Source: the human T2T-CHM13v2.0 reference genome, Homo sapiens
Reading direction: 5' to 3' (one strand)
Assembly: GCF_009914755.1 (NCBI RefSeq)
Contig: NC_060936.1
Length of the DNA: 64,000 nt
Each line of letters opens with the position of its first letter. Within the stretch, counting starts at the first letter, position 1. The notes under the pieces are model-generated. The model was not told where the DNA came from, ran no database searches, and was given only the letters and a program-made list of their open reading frames with translations. A program made the position numbers and the translations under genes. This document shows, piece by piece, positions 1-13,336 of the stretch.

Positions 1-3000
1 CTATAGTTTTTGAAACATAGTTTTTCTCTCTCCAGTTTCCCATTTTTACTAAAGGCAAATCCTGGCAGAACTGATTTGTTTTATTACACTTGGCCTGATT
101 ATTTGTATACAGTGCAGCAAGAATAATTATTTTTTTTGCATAGGTTTTTAAATTGGCTTTGATGGAACTCTATTCCATAGAAGGAATCTCAGATAAGACT
201 TTTTTTTAAAGCCAAGCCCAGCCATGGATTTGTGTCATTAAATACCTACAAGTTGGGTGATCTTCTCCTCTTGACTTTCCAAGATAAACCTAGGGCTCCT
301 GAACCTGTCAGAAAGTGACATTCTTTACCTACCGCAGATCAGGAGCTATGTAGACCAAGGTATGAGGCCAGTTTTTCCAAGGGACTTTTATTGTCTCCAT
401 AAGTCAAGCTTGATTCCTTAAAGGAAAGCACATCATTCCAGTCAAAGCCTTGGTAAAACAACCAGTTTCTCCAACTGTGTCCTGTTACAAATAAAAACAG
501 ATTTTTTTTTTTTAAGAGACGAGATCTCATTATGTTTCTCAGGCTGGTCTCAAACTCCTGAGCTCAAATGACCCTCCCACTTCAGCCTTCCAAAGGGCCA
601 GGATTACAAGTGTAAGCCTCCACACCCAACCAACAGATTTTTATCGCACTTATGCAGATAACTGTATTGTCATAAGAATACTCACAAATAGTTTACAAAT
701 TCTGGAGAAATCAGTAGAGAGAAATAAATATGCTCCAAATTTTGTTTGTAGGAACATACTTAATTGTTAAAAGCTGTAAATAGCTTAAAAGTTTTCTTGA
801 CTCTGAGAAAAAAAAAACAAAGAATCAGCAATGTTTTATCCAAAAAGTTAAAAAGATTACTTTGTCTTCTACTAGTTCAGTTCATGCATTTTATTCCTGT
901 TCTCCTTGATATTCATGAACATTTCAGCTCTCCATGAGAGTCTTGAAAGTTTCTTCCTCTATTGTAATGTCACAATCTCCAAAGTTATCAGAAATCTGCT
1001 TTTAAGGACACCTGTTAGAGTTCTATAAATGATTATAAAACCACCTTCTAAGGAGGACCAAAACAAGACAACAATTGTCCATGGATGACAAAATGTTTTA
1101 GGGCAACCATAGTCAAAGACACAATTTACAAGCAAATTTGTTACTTCTGTGGCACACAACAATTTAACATAACAATTATAATTATTACTGATAATGTACA
1201 CTAAGTCATATCAGAATTATAGGAGTTTCCCATGATTTTGGAAGACATAGCAATGATGTATTCATACAAATACAGCCTAAAGAAAAATAAACACCATTTC
1301 ATATTTGACAATGTTTCCTGTATAATTTTTATACCAAGTAAGCCAAATTATGTCATTTTTGGATGTTAAGGAATCCAATATTTTGAAGGATTAGTTAGAT
1401 CAGAAAAAGGCATAATTTATCATTTGATTTTGGAAAGCTTGTCAAATATCAAAGGTGTAAAACACTTGATATCACAGGTCATTGTAAAATAAGTCATTTG
1501 TTTGACAAAAGTGATACCTCAAGCATTTCAAAAAAAAAAAACCAGCAAAAACCTTCATTCTTTTGGAGAGGAGACTCAATTTTCCAAATAATAAGTCCTA
1601 ATAAAAACAGTATCAAGCTGATTAAATTTGTTTTTCAAAATTTTATAAACAATCATCTATAAAATTTTAATCTTGACCATGAGATATAACTTCCATATAC
1701 CTTTCTTAACCTTTATAACCTTTATGTAGGAGTTGACTAATGCTTCAGGAAAACCTTGTTAATCTGAAACAGGCCCATGTGCTGGCCTTGCATCAGTGTG
1801 CCTTAGATATTAATGATTAATTTATAGAGAAAGTGAACTTATGTTAGCTCTCAAAATTGGCCCTTACAATCTTACATGCCCCCCTCTTCCTCAATGGTCC
1901 CTGGGCCTTGAGGACTTGAATAGCTTTAATTTCTGGCCCTGTGTTTCAGGAATGCAGTTTATTTTGATTGACATCTTCTAGTGGGCCTGATGATGGGGTT
2001 TCGATTGCTGTTAGTGTTTAAAATTTAGCAGGACTTGGTTGCAATGTGCCAAGATCATGCCACTGCACTCCAGCCTGGGAGACAGAGCAAGACTCTGTCT
2101 CAAAAAAAAAAAAAAAGTCCAATGAAGGAAAAGAAGAGGTTGCTATGCGAGGAAATATCAGAGGTGACTAATTTAGAGGCCTCTCTAAAACATTGAGTGA
2201 AGACTTAAAACGGCCGGGTGCGGTGGCTCATGCCTGTAATCCTAACACTTTGGGAGGCCAAGGCGGCAGATCACCTGAGATCAGCAGTTCGAGACCAGCC
2301 TGGCCAACATAGCAAAACCCTGTCACTATCTAAATACACAAAAATTAGCTGGGCATGCTGGCTTGTGCCTGTAATCCCTTTTCAGACTCAGGAGCCAAAG
2401 CCCTGTAATTCAATGCCACAAGTACTTTAAAAGTGCATACAGAGAGATGCTTGAAGGTAATAATCTTAATTTTAAATAATATTTAAATCTCAGGGTTTTT
2501 TTCTAAGCAATCCAAAACTTAATAATAATGTGACTATTTGATTATATAAAAGTTTATTTTTTTAAAAAAAATCCTCTTATTTTGACTTACACAGACTGTT
2601 CATGACATGCTTGGAGTTTCTGGTTTCTCCTGAACATCCCTCCTTCTTAAATAACCAGTCATGTTACTCTAGGGCTAAATGTACCATACAAGATTCTTTC
2701 TTATGCGAAACTGTTTCTCTTTAAGCTTTCTTCCCCCCCAAAACACCTGAAAAACCCTTTTTATTTTTATAACTTTCTTTACATCTCTTCTGTTTCCTGG
2801 TTCCTTTTACCTTGTTTTATACATGACCTTTAAATAAGATTTGAATTAGACAAAAATTATTCACCTTTTTAGAAAGGACACACTTTTTTTTTTAGAAAGA
2901 ATGTTTTCCTACAAATCTATTTTATTGGAAAATACCCAAATAATGAAATATCTATTATTTAATTTAATATAATTTTAGATTCTAAGTTATGGTGAATTTG

Positions 3001-3445
3001 TCTACAAGTATTTATCCCATTACATTTACCTAATTATTTTATTTTATTTGCTTACCTAGATTATTTATGAAAACTCTGATAGTCATCATTTAAGTTATGG
3101 AACTGATATTGCAAAATTATAACTGATAGAGTAAAAAAGATTTGACCTAACTGACTTCATCTTGCTTTTAACCTCCGGACTGTCCATGTTCATTCCTGGG
3201 TGTGGGCCAAACTAACTTTGGGAGGAACTTAGTTTATAGTTTAGCTTTGAAACAAAGGCAATAATAAACCTTACTGCCAGTGGAGTAGACTGCCTAAAGC
3301 CACAAGATTAGAAGTTATGGTCATCTTACTAAATTCGAGGCATAGCTGTTTTCATTAAACTAATATAAATGTCTTATTTATTAAAGATTGCACAAGCAAA
3401 GATCATTCTGTCTTCTTCTGGGTTTATAGATTTTTAACCCCTTCA
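1..3445 (-). mobile_element. MER4-int ERV1 internal fragment (copy 1), continuing left of the window
   Basis: Colinear and highly similar to 26561-30165 of the complete provirus, e.g. ctatagtttttgaaacata... at both 1 and 26561. Confidence 0.88.
502..631 (-). mobile_element. Alu monomer (FLAM/AluJ) in MER4-int copy 1
   Basis: Left-monomer sequence, poly-T, TSD aacagatt. Confidence 0.8.
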
Positions 3446-3689
3446 CTGAATTTTGCACAGAAAATGGTGATACCTTTTTTCTGCATTCTCAGTTCTCTGT
3501 CAATATCAGGAAGTTTTTCTTTAGCTGTACATTTAGTTATTGCTACTGTTCCATCTTTTCTGATCTCTTCTTTGGAAACACAAACATCCGCATGCTCATT
3601 GTCATTCATAGCTATCATCTTCTCTTTAATTATTTTATGTTTGTCCATTTCCAGTTTACTCTGCAAGTTTATTCTTCACAGCTTTGTTA

Positions 3690-3841
3690 CACAATACATG
3701 GTGCTTAGACCAGTAGTTGTGAGAGCTTGTTAGAAATGCACAATCTTGGGCCCAGAGAGAACTAGTGCATTGGAATCTGTATTTTAATAAGAACCTTGGA
3801 TGATTTCCATGCACACTAACCTGTGAGGAAACACTGTTCTA
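3690..3841. mobile_element. MER5A-like hAT MITE
   Basis: gagcttgttagaaatgca...gaatctgtattttaataag...gatttccatgcacactaa motifs. Confidence 0.6.
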
Positions 3842-4161
3842 CAAGACTGATAAAATTTTCTACGGTATAAATTTTGCTGTTTCTGGCTGTTAGTGCAGAA
3901 TTTAAGTTAATCATTACATTTTGAGTTTCCCTGCAGAAAATTTCTAATCTTAGCATTTTCCTTTCCATTATATTGTATTTACCCTCCTCTTTTCTTCTAT
4001 TTTATAACTTTTTCATTGCATAGCACTACCTTTTGGTTTCTCTATTATTTTTCTGTGACTTTCTCTTCATAGAAGTCATGACACTTTTGATGATAATACT
4101 AACTTATTAAAACTTTCTTTAGGATCTTGTATTATTAGAAATATATTCCTTCTAATCATTT

Positions 4162-4210
4162 CATTACTTTTAATGGCAAAAACCACAATTACTTTTGCAC
4201 CAACCTAATA
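4162..4210. mobile_element. MADE1 (Hsmar1 MITE) half element
   Basis: cattacttttaatggcaaaaaccacaattacttttgcaccaacctaata matches the MADE1 TIR. Confidence 0.85.
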
Positions 4211-4584
4211 GTTACTACTCTCTCATTAGCAAATATTCCTCCTAGAGGTCCAACATTTTCTGCGTGTGTTACAAATTCCCATACAAAAGATTCAGTCCTA
4301 AGTCTCAGTGTTTATTAACAGACTAGAGAATAAATGGCTGAGGTCCTACTCCTGGTAAACTTTTCAAATTTCTAACAGAAATGCAGACTGGTATGCTCAG
4401 ATCAGCCTCATTTCTAGGTTTTTGCTGATGTTCACCAAATGTTTCTATTGTCTTATGGCATAGTTTTCTTCCCTTAACCCACTGGTTCTCTGATACTTTA
4501 AACTAGTGGGACCCAGGAAGAATTTTTATCTCCAGGCTTTTTTCCCCATATGTAACTGTAATTTTTTACTTTTGTTAACAATAC

Positions 4585-4725
4585 TTTATTTTATTTGATT
4601 TATTTTTATAGCGAAGGACTCTCGCCATGTTGCCCAGACTCATCTCAAACTACTGGACCCAGACAATCCTCACACTTTGGCCTCCCAAAATGCTGAGATT
4701 ACAGGTGCGAGCCTGTACCCAGCCC
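4585..4725 (-). mobile_element. Alu monomer (FLAM)
   Basis: gccatgttgcccagact...ctcccaaaatgctgagattacagg. Confidence 0.75.
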
Positions 4726-5601
4726 TAACAGTACATTATTTAGGTCAAAGTGCTACTACCAGTTGCCCCTACATATTGGAAGTCTTTGTGAACATGTTGG
4801 AAACAAATAAGGGAAAGGTTTGGGTGGCTGTTCTCTGCCATGTCATAGAGTAGGACTGCGAAGTTGGTTTGCCTGCTGATTTTATGCACAGAGGGGCAGT
4901 TATAAAAGCTATTTTTAGGCTTTTTTTAAAAAAGTTTTTCATCTCTTTCAACAAAATGAAGCATATATGTGTGGAAAAGCTTGAATTATTTTCTCCTAAT
5001 CATTTGCTAGCATCCTTATACTGGCAGAATTTACTTCCAGATTAGGGCACAAAGTAGTCCAAGAGTCTTAGGTTTCAATGTTGTCAGTTTTCCTATGCTT
5101 TTCTGTGTTTCATTGGCAGTTTAAAGGGAAATAAGAATAAGGCTTCCTTGGAGTAATTAATTAATTCTTCTTAATTCCAATCCATTTTACTTTATTTCAT
5201 AAATTTCATCCAAGGAAAATGTCCAGCTTTTCTTTGCAAAATTAAAAATTGTCTGCCAATTAGCTTAAGATACTTGCTTTAAAATCCTTGACTTCTATCC
5301 ATTTTATTCCAAAACAAATTGCCATTTTTACTGTGCATCATAGTTTTACTTCCAAATTGAAAATTTTACTTTATATTAATCTCCCCTACATCACCTATAA
5401 AATTCAAGCTAAATTGATTAAATTTTATATCAATAAAGGCAAACAAGCAAACATTAATATTGAGATATAATTTGAAGTATTAGAATCTTCTCATTCATTA
5501 AAAAATACACAATTGTCTTTTTTAAATAAATATGCATTTATATTTATATTAATTTACTTTAGGACAACAATTTAACACATTAATTGTCTCTTTCAATACA
5601 G

Positions 5602-6060
5602 CTTACCTAAAGTTAACATCTGATGACATGATCGCAACTCCATATCCTGAGTTGATTTCAACCTATGATGTTGGAATTTTCCACATGGAGATAAACACTG
5701 GGAAGCAGCTAATCATTCTCTCTGGATTTATAAGGAACAAATGGATAAGTGAAACTTGAAAACAATGGCCAAAGTACTAAGAACTAATGTTTCTTCAACA
5801 AAACAAATACTTTTACTTTAAGAACAGAAGATAAAAGGCCAAAGTTGTAATATAAGACAAATTACGGAAATATACACTTATACATATAAAACCACTCCTG
5901 TTTTTAAAAAATCATGCTTTTTAAGAAGAATCTTCTCATATCAGTGAGAAAGAAAGTTATCTTAACAAACAAAAAGTATTTTGAAAAAAAGCGTTCACAT
6001 GTATAAGAAAGAAAATGAACAAATAAATAGGAAAAAAGATCTCTGGTTCAACCATATCAA
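5602..6060 (+). ncRNA. Candidate terminal exon of a plus-strand lncRNA (possibly LINC02471)
   Basis: Polypyrimidine tract plus AG acceptor (tgtctctttcaatacag| ending 5601) and AATAAA at 6022-6027 in non-repeat DNA. Fits my recollection that a lincRNA ends about 57 kb upstream of LRRK2. Confidence 0.3.
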
Positions 6061-6783
6061 AGCTTCTTCATGTTTGTTATTTTACTCTAAAGGACACCTC
6101 CCTGATCTTGAACTGATAATACAGTTAAAAGAATTAACAGAAAGAGAGAGGGATAGAAATGGTCACGTACAGAATGAAAAATAAAGGAAATTTTTTTCTT
6201 ATTATTTTCCTAATTTGTCTTAATTCAAATGAGCAGAATAGAGTGCTCCAAATCAGAACTGTGACTCACTAGAACTAATATATTTTGTCAACATATTTAT
6301 AATTGAACATATCAGTAATCTTTCATTTGAACAATTAATTGTGTCAGTAATCATTTATCTGCATAATAGTTATAATTAATTTGTTACATTTATTTAATTA
6401 TTCATAATTTATTACAAAATGCAACATCAAGAATCATCTAATAACAAAACTTATTTGACAGTGTTTGATAAATATGTTTATGAATGTCCCACTGAGATAT
6501 GTTAAAAACCACATTGATAGCAAAATTACTTTAAAATACATGCTTTATCATTATGGCAATAGATGCTGTTTATGACTCATCTTGTTTCTATTCTGTACGA
6601 CAAACTCTCAGATCTTCTTTTTTCAAACTTCGATTTGATCTCTGAGTTTCTGACTTTCCCCTCTCTCTTTCTTACTTATTTTTGAAAAAGGACATTTTGA
6701 CACTACCAATAATGATAAAAAAAAGAGAGACGAAAAAGTGAGATTAGCAGGTAATTTTTAAAGTTAAAGAATAGTTATATTTA

Positions 6784-7078
6784 GGCAGGGCACAGTGCCT
6801 CACGCCTGTAATCCCAGCACTTTGGGAGGCCAAGGTGGGCAGATCACATGAGGTCAGGAGTTTGAGACCAGCATGGCCAACATGGTGAACCATGTTTCTA
6901 CTAAAAATACAAAAATTAGCCTGCTGTGGTGGCACATGTCTGTAGTCCCAGCTACTGATGAGGCTAAGGAGGGAGAATCACTTCAACCCAGGGAGCAGAG
7001 CTTGCAGTGAGCTGAGATCGTGCCACTGCACTCCAGCCTTGGCGACTGAATGAGTCTCTGCCTCAAAAGAAAAAAAAA
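6784..7078 (+). mobile_element. AluS
   Basis: Full dimer with A tail. Confidence 0.92.
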
Positions 7079-8908
7079 CAGTGATATTTATTCATTATTG
7101 CCACAATAGGATAAAATGATTTAAGTCCATATAAATCTAAGTAAACCTGCAATTGTTTATATCCTAAAAGGACACACAAGGAAGTACGTTTGAAATTAAT
7201 CATGTGGCTTTCTTCCCACCCCAAATACTCCCCCACTCTCCAGATTCTTTAGAGTTCACTTTTCAAAAGGATTGAAAAAACATATATTTCAAATTTTTTT
7301 TTTTTAATTTAAGGAATTGAAAGAGCAGAAAATATATACTAATCATTCTTCTTAAGCCCTGTGCTCTGTTTCATTTTCCAAAGGCGTCTACTCTCAGTGG
7401 TTTGTTTTTGCTCTTTTTGTGGTTATGGTTATAACTAAATATGGTAATCATTTACCTCGCTTTGTTGCTGCATTTACCTGCTATGAAGTATGAGGAATTT
7501 AGTTTACTTGCACTTCTACTTTCAAAATTATTGTTTATAGCCTCAATATTAGTTCTCCTTGAATGATGCATTTGAACTCCCTATTTGTATTGAAATAGCT
7601 ACTATCTTCTACTCTGAAAGATGAATAAATTAATGCACTTACTTTGGACTTCTTTCCATCTCTGTTCTTGATTGTCTTTTAGTTATATAATTGTTTTACA
7701 CTGTCAAGAATTATAATTCTTATATTTTTGCTGAAACTATTTTTCATATCTCAAATTATAAGTATTGAGTATTTGACTTCAATTTGTATAATCAACTTAT
7801 GTACAAAGCATGGAAGGATTAATCCACTGTAGAATTCATGGTGTCATGTGATTGATGTCAAAGAAAAGAGAAAATATGATACCATGTCATTTAAACTTTA
7901 CCACTTGAAGAAAAATTTCACAAGTGCCTGAATATAATAAATTTTATTTTAATATTTTTCTAGCTTTCTTTACTTCTTTTGAGTCATACTCAGGTGCTGG
8001 CATTTTGGGGACAACACTTTGGTTTGTTTGGGGTTATATATTTTATTTTTCTGTAGTCTAGCCTAGTCTACTTTTATTTATGGTATATCGGTAGTTTGTT
8101 CTCTAAGTTCTTGCATGCTAACAGATCTTTGATTTTTGCTCATATCTGATTAATTATTTGGATGAATAGAGAATTCTAGGTATAAATGGTTTTCTGGAGT
8201 CTGTCTTACAGTATACTTATGAGAAATCTGGCCTCTCAGTTATTTTATTTCTCCTTCAATGATCTTGTCCTCCACCTCATGCCAACTTCCCACTTCTATG
8301 GTCTTAGACATTGCCATGACCAACCGTCCCATAATCATATTCTCAGATATTCCATTCTCTCCATTTAGCTATCTATAATTATCATATATAGATATAAATT
8401 ATCATATATCTCCACAACTTTCTAGGGCACACATTATAATATTTTCATAAAATGCCTTATTTTCTTTTATGAATATGATGGGAAATGCTAGATCAAGGAA
8501 TAATGAACAAAACAAAGGAATATAGATGTTTCATGTATTTATTCAACATTTATTGAGTGCTGACCAAGTAACAGACACAATGCAGACTCTGAGCCTGTAG
8601 AGGTAAATGATCAACAACAGCAATAACAAATCTCAGGTCTCAAATCCTAGTAAAGAATTTCACAATCTAGTACGTCAAAACATTAGTATGCTTAACAACT
8701 ATTGTATTCATGGTGCAAACAGAAATAGGCCTCTACGCTGAAAAATAATAAAAATATGAGAAAGATTTTTCAGGATATATAGCGTTGTTAAGTTTCTTGA
8801 AAAAGTTTGGGGAAATATTTTGAGAATAAGATAAATTACCTATTACTAGAATTTTAGGTTTATGTTAAATTTTCTTTACAATAAGTAAGGGATAAAGTAA
8901 GTAATACT

Positions 8909-9457
8909 TTAGTGGTTTAACAATATGTCCACATATTTTTGGCATCCTTCCCTTTAATAATTGGAGCCTAATTTCCCTTCTCTTGAAAATAATCTAGAAT
9001 TAGTGACTAGCTTCTAACAAGAATGTGGCAGAAGTGACAGCATCCGACTTCTGAGACTAGGTCATAGATGACATTGCTGATGCCACGCTCCTCTCTCTTG
9101 TATTGTTTGCCCTGGGGAGAGTCAGCCATCTGCTATGTCATGAGGACACTCAAGCAGCCCGTGGAGAGGCTCACATGGGGATAAAGGGAGGCCTCCTGCC
9201 AAAATCCAGCCACAACGTGGCAATCATGCGAGTGAGCCACCTCTGAAGTGGAACCTCCAGCCCAGTCAAGCCTTCAGATGACTGGCACTCACTTTCCTGA
9301 CTGCAACCTCATGACAGACCCAAAGCCAGAATTGTCCAACTAATGTGTTCCCAAATGTTTTGACCCACAGAAACTGTGAGAACAATCAATTTCTATTGTT
9401 TTAAAGTCGCCTAAGTTTTGGGGTAATTTCTTATACTGTGATGAACAGCTACATACA
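8909..9457 (+). mobile_element. MLT1F-family MaLR LTR
   Basis: gaatgtggcagaagtgac...cccagtcaagccttcagatgact...gacccacagaaactgtgag motifs. Confidence 0.7.
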
Positions 9458-10309
9458 AATTTAAGTTTATTAAATTAGAAGTTGAAGGAGAGAAATAAAA
9501 GTCAAATTCTAGTACTCAGTAAATTCTAAAAGCTTATGATACCAGTTAGTTTTTACATCATAACATAATCGCTTCTTTTTTTTTTTTCTGAACAAAATTG
9601 CTATGGAAAAACCCAACTCAAAGGTTAGTGAAAGAGAAATATAGTTTTCATTTAAAAGGGAAAGTACAACTTTGCTGTAGGTCTTAGATAAAAATAGATT
9701 GTATAATCTGAACACCTCCCCACAACTTTTTTGTGAGTTTATATTATTTTCTCCTTTTAAAAGATGGTTAAACTGCTAACTAAAAGGAATTTCAGAAGAG
9801 AACTGCCATAAAAAATTTTAACTTCTTATACAATGGATAGACTTATTTGCTATTTGTACAATATACATACTATGAAATACAATGGTTTGCATGATTTAGA
9901 ATTGTGTAAGTTTTTTTGAAAATAACTGTGGAGGTATAAGTGGAAGCTTGACTCCAAAATCAGACTTTTCCTAACTCATCCTCTTTCAACTGAGAAAACT
10001 GCCTATCGGAACTGGGTGCATAGGGAAATATCAGACAGAATATGGACAACTGCCAGGACTTGTGGTTTTTTTTTAAAGGACTTGGGCAATGACCATGGTT
10101 GGTGTCATAATAAAGCACATAGATTTTTCTTTTAAAAAACATTTGTAAAAGGGAATGGATTAAAGAAGTTCTTTGATCTCAGAAATGGCATATATCTATG
10201 TAGGTTGTTTTTTGTTATATTTTCAATTGACTACCTTTCATACTTGGGATTCCCTCAAAGAAATAAAGTTCTCTGAAAAAGCTTTTGATACTTTATTAAA
10301 AAATCCATC

Positions 10310-11042
<733 letters not shown>

Positions 11043-11419
11043 TTAGATACTTTCTTTAGATACTTTAAATAATGATTTTACATAGATATATATGTATTTG
11101 TACATCTCATGGAAAATGTTAAAGGCAAGTCAGATATGAAAGAAAACTAGTTGTTCTAGAAAGAGTGGCAACACTCCAAAGCACAAATGAAAGAAGTCTT
11201 GTTGATGGAACTAAAAGAAGCACAGGCAATTAAGAAAAATGTTGAGAACTTAGATGTCAAGCTGGAAAAGAAAAAAAATAAGTTAATGAGATATGCCCAT
11301 CCAACTGTTTTGAAACATGTTGCTCAGAAAAAGAGGTCAAATTTATTTGTCTCTTGATCAAAATTTATGACTGGATCCCCCCCAAATCAAACATGGTTTG
11401 TAAAAGCAATGTTGTATAA

Positions 11420-11620
11420 TCGTTAAGACTGTGACCTCTGGAGCCACACTGCCAGGATTCGGACCTCAGCTATTGCTGTTATTGGTTAAGTCTCTGTGCC
11501 ATTGTTTCCTCATCTATAAAACAGGAATATTAAGAATTGGATCTCCCAAGATTGTTGGAAAGATTAAATGAGATAAAATGTCTAAAAGTCTTAGACTAGT
11601 GCCTAAAGCATAAATATGCT
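11420..11620 (+). mobile_element. MIR
   Basis: tctctgtgcc...tttcctcatctataaaa...attaaatgagataa core. Confidence 0.7.
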
Positions 11621-12546
11621 ATTATATGAATTACAATAATGGTAATATTATTATTAATTTTAACAATACTACTACTGCTAATAATAAAAGAGACAAGATC
11701 ACAAGAAACAAACTAGAATGACTTCCCTGGAAGAACCCAGGGAAAACCCAAAACCCAAAACCTCCTGAGTTGTCCTCTCACCAGTGCGACACATGAGACT
11801 ATGTTGGATTAAATCAACTCTTAAAAGATTGAAGGAACTAAGCCATTCCAGGAGAAGGTAGTCCTGGCCATAGGCACCAGGTAGACCCTGATGCTGAGAC
11901 TGAGGTGAAAACAGAATTAGAAAGGAAACAATACTGAGCTTCAATTTCTTTAAACTTAAATTTAAAATATGGACAGAAACTTTACTTTTGGACTTTAATT
12001 TCTTTCTGGGATTTAATAATGGAAGTGAAAGGTTCATTTAAAAACTGGGCTGAGGATGTTATTTCATAACCAATCTCTGGTGAGTGTTTTAAGACTAATG
12101 GCTGAGTACATTTTGGAATAGGAAATAGAAAACGATTGTTTGGCGTAGGTTGTACCATGTCTATAGAATTAGATAATTTCTATCTCTTTCTGACCTATTT
12201 CAAAGATCACTGGGTCCAGTGCTAAACTCCCCAGTTCACTGAGTAAGGAAGACACAGGGGAACAGACATAAGCAGGCTCATGAAGGTGGGGAAGGCTGGC
12301 CCAGATGCTCAGCTGGTCTCCCCAAGAGAAATGCATGCCCAAACATAGGCTTGGCTATTTCACCCAATGGGATATGAAGAAATAAAATATTGGAGAGTGA
12401 GAACTTCCCTGTTTTTCTCCTGAATTTTTGCTTCTACTAATAGGTTTAATAAAACTTCTACAAAAATATCTTTCCCCACTTGAGGGAGAGTTGGAAGGGA
12501 AGGAACACTTCCATATTTTCTCTCCAATCCATTCCTTTTTCAATCC

Positions 12547-13336
12547 TGCATTAGATTCTTAGGGCTGCCATAACAAAGTACCACAAACTGGGTGCCTTAT
12601 TATTTCATAATTATTATTTCATAGTTCTTGAGGCTAGTATTCTGTAATCAAGGTGTTGGTTGGGCCATGCCTTCTTCTGAAGGCTCTAGGAAAGTATCCT
12701 TCATTGCCTCTTCCTAGCTTCTGGTGGGTGCTGGCAGTTGGCATTCATTCCTGGCTTTGCAGCTGCATCATACCAATCTCTGCCTCTGTCTTCACATGGT
12801 CTTTTGCCCACCTGTGTGTTTCTGTGTCCTAATGTATCTCTTCTTATAAGGACACAAGTCATTGCACCAGGGTACACACTAATCCAGTACGATCTTATCT
12901 TACATTGTTTTTTGTTTGTTTGTTTGTTTGTTTTTTGAGATGGAGTCTTGCTCTGTTGCCAGGCTGGAGTGCAGTGGCACGATCTCAGCTCATTGAAACC
13001 TCTGCCTCCTGGGTTCAAGTGATCCTCCTGCCTCAGCTTCCTGAGTAGCTGGGACTACAGGTGCATGCCACCATGCCCAGCTGATTTTTTGTATTTTTAG
13101 TAGTGATGGGGTTTCACCATGTTGGCCAGGATGGTCTCGATCTCTTGAACTGTGAACCACCCACCTCAGCCTCCCAAAGTGCAGGGATTGCAGGTGTGAG
13201 CCACTGTGCTAGGTCAATCTCATCTTACATTGATTACATCTGCAACGACCTTATTTCCAAAGAAGATCACATCCGTAGGTTCTCGGGTTTAGTACTTAAA
13301 CATTTTTTGGTGGGGCGCAATTCAACCTATAATACT
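12547..13336 (-). mobile_element. MLT1B/C MaLR LTR with AluS insertion (12906-13214)
   Basis: agggctgccataacaaagtaccacaaactggg start. Alu TSD atcttatcttacatt/atctcatcttacatt. Confidence 0.75.

Noticed and set aside
3424-3733. Overlapping 80-89 aa ORFs with a charged, coiled-coil look
   Set aside because: Probably a decayed old L1 ORF1-type fragment or chance. No splice or promoter support.
5620-5670. Possible C/D-box snoRNA (ctgatga...ctga)
   Set aside because: Imperfect C box, spacing too short, no terminal stem, and no snoRNA I recognise.
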